Below, in pieces: positions 50,291-61,310 of a stretch of 64,000 nucleotides of DNA. Both the position numbers and the translations under genes were made by a program. Position 1 is the first letter of the stretch; every line of letters starts with the position of its first letter. The stretch spans positions 19,846,451-19,910,450 of the forward strand of contig OZ316894.1 of the NCBI GenBank assembly GCA_973895155.1, given 5' to 3'. The DNA is from Marsupella aquatica. Lineage: Eukaryota > Plantae > Marchantiophyta. A model generated the notes under the pieces. That model did not search any database. It saw only the letters and a program-made list of their open reading frames with translations, and was not told the DNA's origin.

Positions 50291-53200
50291 TCGGGCTGTA
50301 TGTAAGGCACGAGAGTCATAATTTTGTTTAAGTGCAACCTTGGAATACAATGTCCACCGTGTATACAAGGGAATATTGGTTTTGTCCATTTATAGGCTAC
50401 GTGTGAGAGGGTCCCAAACTCGGTAGTAACTTAGTGATGACTTATAATTGCGTATATAAGTAGAAAGACAAGTAGGTGTAGTAAAAATGTTTGGATTTTC
50501 AATTTTTTCAATTTCTTTTAGTTCTAATAAATGGATGCAACAACCGGAGGCCGGAGTTGAGAGGGGTGTCGGGCGGTGATGGATGACAAGGGAACCATTG
50601 AGGGGGTACAAGGAGGCCACAAGGCAGCCCAAGGACTTGGAGGCACGGTGTGGGCATCTCGGAGGGGTGGGGGCTGGCCAGAGGCTCCACATAAGGCGCA
50701 AAACGCGAATAATGACCAAAATATATAAAACATTGAAATTTAAAACAGACGTTGCTGCTCTAGTAGTATTCCAAAAATAGTCATGTTTGGATTCATTTTG
50801 AAGCCCTCAATGAGCCCCATGCGAAACTGAGGTTCCCTAGTTAATTTTAGGTCTATATCAAATAGTGATATCTTGAGGGACCTCAACGCCCGTAAAATGG
50901 CAAACTAGACAATCTTGGAGTAGTGATGGTGGGAGGGCCCTTAGAAGGAAGGGACTCCCACAATTTCCCTTCCTCAATCTATAGTTTCCCACAATTTTCC
51001 TTCCCCACTCCGTAGAAGGGGCACTCCGTAGAAGTTAGGGGCACTCCGTAGAAGAACACATCCGTAGAAGGGGCACTCTGTAGAAGAACACATCCGTAGA
51101 AGGGGCCCCCACACTTTCTTCCTCCCCTTTTTCTCTATTCTCACTTGTGAGTTTCCCACCCATACCTAAACCCTAAACCCTAAACCCTAAACCCCTTGTG
51201 CTTGCTTTCGACGTGTACGGACCCTGGTTGTACGAACATCAGATTTTTGACCATCTCAAAATCAGGAGTTTACAGGCTTGTTGGAAGGAGCTCGCCGAGC
51301 TGAATCCAACGATGTGTCACACGGCCAAACGGAGTTAAGATGGTAAAGATACGTTAGATTATGTTTTGACAAAAATCTCGATGTTGGATCCGTACGGACG
51401 TCCATACATCCGGCAGCCAGGGACCCTAATTTTTTCCCCAAAGTGGAGATGGCAGCAGCAAAGCCGGGGACCCCTGTTGTGGGAGAAACCGGGCCCCCTG
51501 GTGTTGTACGGACGAAACGGAGGGGGACGGTGTCCCGTAAAAACTTAAACGATCATATCTCGGCCGTTTGGGATCCGTGATCAGGAGGAGCAGGGCTGTC
51601 CAGGGCTCCCCTCAGGGGAGTAGTTTGAAATATTTGAGGTTTCGACCATGGGAGGGCCTCCTCACTTCCACAAGACTACGGATTCTGGATTGTTGTTTGG
51701 CACCGTCGAAGGCACCGTCGGTCCCGTAGTTAGAATAGGGTTCTAGGTAGCATGTGTGTGCTGCATGGTTTAGGTTAGGGAATTCTTGAATGAGGTTTTA
51801 GTGGCGCCGCTAGGGTAGCCGCCATCGTTGTGACCCCATGAGGGTTGCTTTGGTGTGTTTTTTTTGGTATTTAGGAGGGAGCCCCATAGTGAATCGGGGG
51901 GCCGGGTCGGGGGGGGGAACTCAGTTTAGTAATATGGAGAGATCTTTGTGAGTAGCACACAGAAGAGGAGGGATTTCAACCAGAGTAGTGAGGTGGAGGA
52001 CGTACTGCTTGTCCTAGGGAGGCAGGAGTTGGGCAGACGGCAGGAGGCCGGGATGTCCTTGCATGTGTTGTGTACACCACTAAGAGATATGGATTTGGTT
52101 TGAAGTTCAGAAATTTGGTGTATCACTTGTTACTTCTTGCGTCGCTTGTTTTCCTCCCCTAGTGCATGTGGTTGGCTTTGTTGTAAAAGCGATTGCCCTG
52201 GTCACTAGTGTTAAAATCTTATTGTAAAACGTTTGTACGGTTGCCCATGTGAGGGGGAGTGGTGACAACACTCACCCAGTGGCCATTAGTTGTAGAATGT
52301 AGGACCAGTCCGCAAGACTTGATCAAAAATGTAGGCCAGTCGGTAGACTTGATCAAAAAGTACACTTACGGGAGCGGAATCAAACATACTCATCCTTAGG
52401 TGTGGGAATCCTCCAAATAGCGTCCCTCCACGACCCCGTAACACAATACCAACAGTTTATGCAAAGGAAAGTACGATTTTATGTATAAATGGTTGGATAG
52501 GCAAGTGACACTGCGGAGTCATGAATATAATTTTTGCAATGTGAGTAATGAATATGTACGTTGTGTGACATGTATACCATCCAATCATGGTTTGTGCATT
52601 CTTATCTACTCTGTTCATTTTTGGAATAGATCATGCAAGTGTACAATGTTCAAAGAGAGCAAGAAATCAAGCAACATTGGATATTATTTACTAAATCCAA
52701 CGACAATACACATGTACATAGGCGTGTTGATCATTTCATATTTATTATTGAGAATACATTGGTGACAAAACAGGGCTATAACTTTCCCCAAGTTGTGACA
52801 TAGTTGTAAAGCTCATTGGTCAACGTAGTCATGGTCGAATATTGTTAATTGTAGCATTATCTTCATCCACATTACTCATGATTCTATCAATTGCCTTACA
52901 GTGGAAAGAGCTATCAGCTTGGCTACTTTGGCTACAGTCTTGGAGCATTTGTGATATGTGCAATGAATTCAGAATGTCAACTGAATGATTATCATCCTCC
53001 TCCACATGTATGGAAATAGTGACCTCTTGTGATACAGACCTAGGGATTACAAATTCACGTTGTGCCTTGCGCAATGGCCCACAAATGATCAATTTTGTCC
53101 GACGTCTACCTTTATATGGGTCTGGTTATACATCAGGTGGTTTCTATTACTCCTACAAATCCACATGTCAAAGCAATATATCAGCAAACACACTCATCAG

Positions 53201-54956
53201 ATTAGCAATGAATCATAGCCACCAAAGACAATTAAAGAAGGTGTGCTCACCCCTACCGGTGCAGTCACCTCTCCTGATGGGATTGCAGATACATTTGATG
53301 GAAGGGCAATACCCTCAGCATTGATAGCGTTGTCTCTCTCTGGTCCTGGTTGTGCATCCACATCCTCTGCTTGTTCAGATGAATCTTGCAATTGCAAGGT
53401 TCAAATCAATACCAATCATGTGTTTGTGTTTGGAAACTCTCGTGCGAGAAACAAGAATCTTGCAGATGAAATAATGGGGTTAAGTGATCCTCTGAAGTCA
53501 TCCAGCTCTTGTTTGTCCCAACTGAATCTCCATCTCAACGACTAAATTCTCAGGAGCAAAGTACTAGATGAGATTGGAAATCCAAGTGGGGATGCAAAGA
53601 CTTGTCGAGCGACAATGTGAAGACCCCTGCAATTGTTATGAAAAAATGATCCGAAACAGAGTGAGTTGCGGGAATTTCAGTTGAGAGACATATGGAAAAA
53701 ACACGTTGGTGATGAATTAAGATGAACTATCATTTATTCCCCAGTTCCAATCTGTTCGGATCACTCTGACCTTTGACGTAGACTGCAACTATTCAAACGA
53801 ACGTCTGGTCTTTTGGGGGGCCTTGTCAATGATAAACAAATGGAACTTCCAAAGGGTCCCCGGATTGTCTGCAACTGCTCGAATTTCCTAATGCATAGAG
53901 TGCAACATCCCTGGAAACACCAAGTCTCCAACTTACTTTTGTTACAATCCTTCTCCAACACACCGCCCAAATCAACACCACCCCACCAAAATACACTCAA
54001 AGATCACCTGATGAACACTGCAAAAGTGAAAACCTGTGCACAACAGAATCAGACTGACAGAAGATTTAAGATTTTCATCAAAATTCAGTTTTGTGAATTT
54101 CAGTTGAAAGAAATTGTAGACGGAGATGAATTATTGTGTATTCCATTGCTCCCATATTGTGGATTACAGCCAGCCGCTTAGGCAAATTGTCCAGCTGTTA
54201 TGAACTTCATGAGTATGTAGTGAATTTTCAAAACACGGTGTGACATCTTGACTAAGTGGGTCGTCAAAATTGTCAACTGTTTTGACGGAAATGTCTTACC
54301 TTTGAATTTTTGCATATGTGTCCATTTATTTGGAGGACAATTACTTTCCTACACGACGACATCTAAAACACCAAGTTAACATTTTTTGAAGTTAAAAGAT
54401 TGGTTAAGTAACTTAAAATTTTGAAGTTGAGGCCTCACAAGGATATTTGTCGATGTGCTTCCCACTTTGAGTAAATCTTGTGTGTGCTAAGAGACCAACG
54501 ATTTAAAAAGGCAAAGAATTCCAAGAAGACAGTGTTTTTAGGAAAACAGTGAGCATGCATTGGTGTATGAAATATACATCTAGGTGGAACTGTTTACCCA
54601 CAATTCTTTTTGCTCTAGCCACAATGCATATTAAGTCCCCTACCTGACCCATAGGTTTATACAATTACAGACGTAACTGGAAATTGGGACATTGAATGAG
54701 ATCATTCTCAGTCCCCACCAGTGTGACCTAAGAGACAGGTATTTTTTCGTCATTCAAGCTGTATCGGACAAATCACTATAAAGAGCCTCATGTATGCTAG
54801 GTGTGTACTAAAATAAGGTCTGTGACTACTTTCATCAATCCCATTACATCAACACATATGAATCATGAGCAAATGGTTTTTGTCATATAATTGCATGACC
54901 AGATTTTTCGGTCAAGCATTGAGGGATAGGCAACGTCGGGCACTGGTATGTCATCC

Positions 54957-55740
54957 AATGTGAAATTCTTATCATTCTCCTGGCTCCAATTTGACATTGT
55001 TGTAGGTATGACGAGCGGGAGAGGGATCTCCTGGACTTCAGCATCTACCTAGACATCAGTAACGATGTCAAGTTTGCATGGAAGATTCAGGTAGTTCTCT
55101 CTATTTCTGTCCGTGCTGTTTATGTGGATTCTCTACGCGCCGTAATTTTCTAGTAAAGAGGACTCTGCGTTGGTTCGGTCCACTGGACCATTGTTTGTGC
55201 TCGTATTAGAAGGCGAATTTCTGGCAGCATGTTTTCTCAGTGTCGTGGCAGCCCTTGTCCGAGAAGTCGTATCCTGATTCCCTTGGATGTTAGATTTCCT
55301 GTCGCTACTGTATGATGTAGGCGTAAGTAGTTCACTTCTATCAGTATTGTGAATAGTGGTGTGTGTCTGTTGTGTAATTGACAGCGGGACATGGCTGAGC
55401 GAGGACACAGCTTGGAGAGCATTGCTGCTCGCAAGCCAGACTTCGATGCTTTTTTAGTAATCTCTTCCTCGACCACTTTCTGATAAACTCTGTTCCCAAC
55501 CACTTCACAGGCACTCAATGGTTTCCCTGGTCATAAGGATGTGCTCATCTGCTGACCTTTAAAACAACTTCTGCTCGCAGATCCCCAGAAGCAGCACGCT
55601 AATATTGTGGAGAGTCATTTGACTGGACGAGCTGATTTATGTGGAGAGTCATTTGAGTAACATTTCGACTAAGTTCTACGGAGAGATCAGATGTTGAAAC
55701 ACGCTGACTTCCCCGGTAGCAAGAACAACGGAACAGGTAT
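54957..55740 (+). pseudogene. PRK pseudogene fragment (duplicate of 22842-23630)
   Basis: Nearly identical to 22842-23630, with the same deletions plus a small extra deletion near 55688. Confidence 0.9.
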
Positions 55741-58717
55741 CCAAAATTGTTTAGGATATTGCCTTCGGTTCTCAGTCCTGTTTATTTCAAGTAAATTGTT
55801 CATCAGAAAGTAAACTGCTTTGGTTGCACGACTGTCTGCCTTTTGAGTCTAAACATGTTCTGGAGGTTCATTCCGTAGTAGTCCTTTTACTCTTAGATGA
55901 GTGGGGTTCAAACGCACAAGCTTGCCCACCAGGGTCGAGATACAAAATTGTAATGAATGTGTTTGATGTGAACCAATTTGCAGTAGCACTAAAAATTGCC
56001 CACATTTGTTTCTGTTACCGAAACATCAGGATCTACGTATCAAGTTCAAACAGAAAATGAGAGTTGCAAAAACAGAAGCCACCTTCGCTTCACGCTTTGA
56101 TCAATTGCACTGAAACTACTGGTTTGCAAACCTAAACACTATCACACAATGACTACTCAAAAACCTTGGACGACTTTCTTCAGAACGCACATCGTGAAAC
56201 GCCTTTTCAAAGAAAATAAAATACCCAAAAATTCAGATTTGCTACAAGGATTCTCATTTGCAAACACAAAGTACTGTAGTTTGCCAGTCTTCCTGAAACA
56301 CTCAAAATGCTCGTTTTCAACCCATCATATCACTCAATTACTCCGTCATGTTCCTAATCTAGAAATTAGTACTGCGATTAATAATTCAGCAACTCTTGCC
56401 TGGCGTGTTCCTAATCTAAAAATTAGTACTGCGATTAATAATTTCAGCAACTCTTACCTGGAGGAAAATTGAAGTTCAAATGAGGAAAAATCAAATGACA
56501 TAGATCGGTTTCGAGATCGGTGATACCTCAAAACTGATATCCCGAATGGCTTCCAATGAGATCCAGACCTCGTAATATTCGAAGTGCCCAAACGCAACTC
56601 ATATCATCAATCCCACTTGGAGACGGATTTGGAAGTTTTGGAAACTGGAATGCCAGAAACAGAAAGCTTTACGCCAACAATCGCGCCACATGAAACAATG
56701 GGATTAAGTGCTTCGCTAAAGTCATCTAGCTCTTGTTTGCCCCAACTGGATCTACATCTCAATGACTCAATTTTCAGGAGCAAAGTAATAGTTGGGATTG
56801 GAAATTCAAGTGGGGTTGCAAAGACGGATGGGAGTGAAAATGCGAAGACCCCTGCAAATGTCATGAAAAATCGATCCAAACAAAGTGAGTTGCGGAAATT
56901 TCAGTTGAGAGACAGGGCAAAAAGAAGTTGTTGACGGAGATGAACTATGATTTATTGCCCCGTGCCAATCTATTCGGATAACTCAGGACAGAGAATTAAC
57001 TATTCAAACGGAAGTCTAGCCTTCTGGATGATAAACAAATGGAAGTTCCAAAGGGTGCCCCGGATTGTCTAAAGCTGCTCTAACATTTAATGCATAGAGT
57101 GCAAAATCCCCGCAAACATGCAATCCCCAATTTACTTTTGTTAGGACCCGTCTCCAACACATAGCCCAAATCAACTACCACCCCCCCGAAACACACTCAA
57201 AGGTCACTGATGAATACGGCAAAAGGCAAAACGTTCGCACAAGAGCATTATAAGAACAATTCTCATCAAAAATCAGTTTACTAAGCGAAAACTTAAAGTA
57301 TCACACTTTCTGATAGAACGCGTCATCGATAAAAGGGAAGGGATAAATAAAAACAAATATTGAACGCTGTGAGGTTCCCTAATGGTCAATCAGCTGAATT
57401 CCTTCTCCCTGATAGTCACCAATTTGACACTACGCTGGGCTAGATCGTACGCAATTGTTTTTGTCGTAATTCACAATCACAGCACATGCAGTCAGAAATT
57501 GAGAGAGCTTGGACATCCACCACGTAGACCTTGCAAAAACCCAGTCCAGTTAAGAATGCAGAGAGCATTTGAGGTATTCACAGCAAAAATCTAACCAGAG
57601 CTGAGATTTTTTCAGTAGCAAACTGGATCCAGTAGCCAAGTACTCCAGCCTCACCGTACCTGGGCTTCCCTAGCGATTCAACTGACATACTCAATTCCAA
57701 ATGCCGGAATGCACTTGTTAGAGAATTCCCGAAAAGCATCCACAATTCTAACACCTGCAGCACTAATCAGGAGAACCATCGATCGAGTGAAACCCTACAC
57801 GGTTATTCACCAGATGTCAACATTTAGAGCAACCATCGAGCAAGCATACAGCAAAGCACACAATGGTGCTGACCATTCTTGAGAATACTAACAGAGCTCG
57901 ATGCAACAAAAATAGAGCTGGAAACAGCAGGCAGCATTCAAAACTGCCAACTAGATTTGCCAGTTTTCCTAAACTCTAGATTGTGCGAATCAAGAAATTG
58001 CTCGGCAAAGTGTTCAAGAGCAAGAATCGCAGAATTGCGTGTTGCATTGAATAAAATTTAACCGTTGCTCACAGTTAATGTTCAAGGGGGACCGAGATCC
58101 AACTCCAGGTACATTTCTTGAGCTACATTTCTGGACTCAATCCAGCTACTAAACTGGCACCTATGACAGAACAATGTCTTGTTGTATAGATATTTCTTGA
58201 ACACAACAACAAGGCCACCGCACCAACGACTGTACTGTACGATGCGCAAACAATTTGGCTAGTGTAATCATAATATTAAAATTAACAAACGAGGGTACCT
58301 TTTCACCCTGCTTTGCCCGGATTAGCATTTATATGTCGAAATGGAATAAATTAGAATTAAACCTTAAACCATGCCAGAGGATCAAGGTTGCTTCGTGCCG
58401 TAAGTAACCATTTTTTTTTGTTTGGTTTTTTTTTGGTCCCGGCTTTGGTTCGTGCCATAAGTAACTTAAAAACCCATTATAAATACGCTCTTGCATTGCA
58501 CATGAATTCCAGACAATTCGATCTTCCAACTCAGGCGTACAAACATCTTTGACAACATCCGTGAAAGGTCTGACCTACATCTATTACATCTATGGTCTTA
58601 AGAGTCCAAGCTTTTCAGTCGGAGACAAGTATCTCCAATGGCTCAAGCTGGCTGTCCATCACACAACTGATGCAAAAGTCGCGCCATTGAAATATCTATC
58701 CAACACTATTTCCACAG

Positions 58718-59101
58718 TTACAGTTTGTAGCCCAAGTACTCTACACGGGTTCCTCCCAGGTAGCCATCTGAATCATCCCTTAAGGATTCGATTGATAGAG
58801 CCCATTCTGCATCTGCGCAAGCTCCTTCCGTGTCATTTAACAAGAATTTGACATAACCACGGTGCTTCAGCACTTCATAGTCATTGGTGTCTAGGTTGAA
58901 AGCTTCGTCCAAATCTGCCAGGGCACCCCTTAGATCACCCATTATGTGCTTCAAGACGCCCCTCTCCTGCAAGATAAACGGACGCGGGGCAACCGTCATG
59001 TTGAATGCGTCGTTGGCATCGTCCAGTGCCCCTTGAAAGTCTCCAAGTTCTGCCTTGACAAAAATTCTCGAGCTGCCATCACAAATAGCACACTGAGTAT
59101 G
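58718..59101 (-). CDS. TPR-repeat exon, copy 3 (open frame, about 127 aa, about 3 TPR motifs)
   Basis: An uninterrupted frame HTQC...KAELGDFQGALDDANDAF...QERGVLKHIMGDLRGALADLDEAF...VLKHRGYVKFLL...GYKL* is preceded by an acceptor-like 'ctatttgcag'. Upstream exons are not resolved. Confidence 0.55.
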   Translation of the reverse strand, partial: HTQCAICDGSSRIFVKAELGDFQGALDDANDAFNMTVAPRPFILQERGVLKHIMGDLRGALADLDEAFNLDTNDYEVLKHRGYVKFLLNDTEGACADAEWALSIESLRDDSDGYLGGTRVEYLGYKL

Positions 59102-59959
59102 CTGCAAATAGATCAAACGAGTTGGATCTAAACCAGTTCCCCTATTCTTTGCAACTTTGGCTACCGCCACATTTCAAGAATAGCTATGTTATTGATCCAA
59201 TGCAGTGCGAAATGCGACTAGGATTGGATGTCTCAAAATGTACCGTACATTTGTTGCATTTCTAATGATAAGATCCTTTCTATCTGGCTAGAAAGTTGGA
59301 ATTTTCCTGTGCCTTGGAATGTATTATGGAACCTCCAGTCATTCTAGTAGCTGAGAAACTGCTAAGCGACCAACATCAAAACTCAAACGAGGAAAAATGA
59401 AAAGAGAAATATCTGGAATCCAGTCATCATCATCACAGATTAGTCCCTATCCGTCGACTGAGCTTCTCAATCCAGCTACTAAACTGGCACCTATGACAGA
59501 ACAATGTCTTGTTGTATAGATATTTAGCTTTTCCCAAGCACGTCAAATTCAATCTTGCATTGGCGTTTGTACATCCATTGCCCTTAGCTTCACTAGTCCC
59601 TAAGACTTATTTTCTTTTGACACTGTCCACGTCGTTGGATTGATCAACTTCTTTGCTTTCTTCTGAATATGGACATTTATATTTACACAATAAAGAGTTG
59701 CATCGGATCAATAGAAGAGATAAATTCACATACCTTAATGTATAGGCATGAAGTTGCCTTGACAACAAGCCTACTCGCTTAGCTAGTGTGGGGTCTATCT
59801 TAAACTTACAACGCTTCCACTGCTGCATATAGAGTATCCGGAAGCACGTCATCTCCCACCGAGCTTGTAAGCCCCTCCAAAACACCTTCCGTTCTTTTGC
59901 GGATCACTTTTGCCTCTGAAGCTTGAGCTAAATTTGATGCCATTCTTGCTGCCACTCTT

Positions 59960-61310
59960 TCCAAATCAAGGTTGTCATTTTGTGACAAGCAATTCACCAG
60001 ACCAACCAGAAAACCCTTCTCATTGGGGACTCACTCTCAACTTCAGAGTATTATCAGTTGAATCGGCAAGATATGCCAACACCTGTGCTGCTTGTTGTAG
60101 TAAACCATTGTGGTCCTTCTGTGAAAAGCAATTCACGAGGCCAACCAGAGCCCCCTCGGCATTTGCGATTGTAAACTGCACAGCATTATCCGTCGAAGCG
60201 GCAAGATTTGCCAACGCCCGTGATGCTACTTCTTGTAAACCATGGTGGTCATTCTGTGACAAGCAATTTACTAGGCCAACCAGAGCCCCCTCCGCATTGG
60301 CGATGCTCAACTCCACACCATTATCCGTCGAAGTTGCAAGATTTGCCAACGCAAGTGCTACATTTTCTTGTAAACCACGGTGGTCATTCTGTGACAAGCA
60401 ATTCACGAGGCCAACTAGAGCCCCCTCCGCATTTGCGATTCTCAACTTCGGAGCATTATCCGTCGACGAGGCAAGATTTGCCAACGCCCGTGCTGCTACT
60501 TCTTGTAAACCATAGTGGTCATTCTGGGACAAGCAATTTACAAGGCCAACCAGAGCCCCCTCCACATTGGCGACTCTCAACATCAGAGTATTATCCATTG
60601 TACAGGCAAGATTTGCCAATGCCCGTGCTGCTTCTTCTTGTAAACCATGGTGGTCATTGTGTGTCAAGCAATTCACGAGGCCAACCAGAGCCCCCTCCGC
60701 ATTGGCGATGCTCAACTCCACACCATTATCCGTCGAAGTTGCAAGATTTGCCAACGCCCCTGCTGCTGCTTCTTGTAAACCACGGTGGTCATTCTGTGAC
60801 AAGCAATTCACCAGGCCAACCAGAGCCCCCTCCGCATTGGCAATGCTCAACTGCACAACATTATCCGTCGAAGCTGCAAGATTTGCCAACGCCGGTGCTA
60901 CATTTTTTTGTAAACCACGGTGGTCATTCTGTGACAAGCAATTCACGAGTCCAACCAGAGCCCCCTCCGCATTTGCGATTCTCAACTTCGGAGCATTATC
61001 CGTCGACGAGGCAAGATTTGCCAACGCCCGTGCTGCTACTTCTTGTAAACCATAGTGGTCATTCTGGGACAAACAATTTACCAGCCCAACCAGAGCCCCC
61101 TCCACATTGGTGATGCTCAACTTCAGAGCACTATTTGACGAAGCTGCAAGGTTAGCCAACGCCCCTGCTGCTACTTCTTGTAAATCACGGTGTCCATTCT
61201 GTGACAAGCAATTCACGAGGCCAACCAGAGCCCCTTTCTCATTGGCGAGCCTGAACTTTAGAGCATCATCGCGCGCAGATGCAAGATTTGCCAAAGCGTG
61301 TGCCGCATTT
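59960..61310. repeat. 135-bp ARM tandem array, copy 3 (9 core units)
   Basis: 'ggccaaccagagccccc' recurs at 135-bp spacing, with 45-aa periodicity in ORF 60020..61837. Confidence 0.95.
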
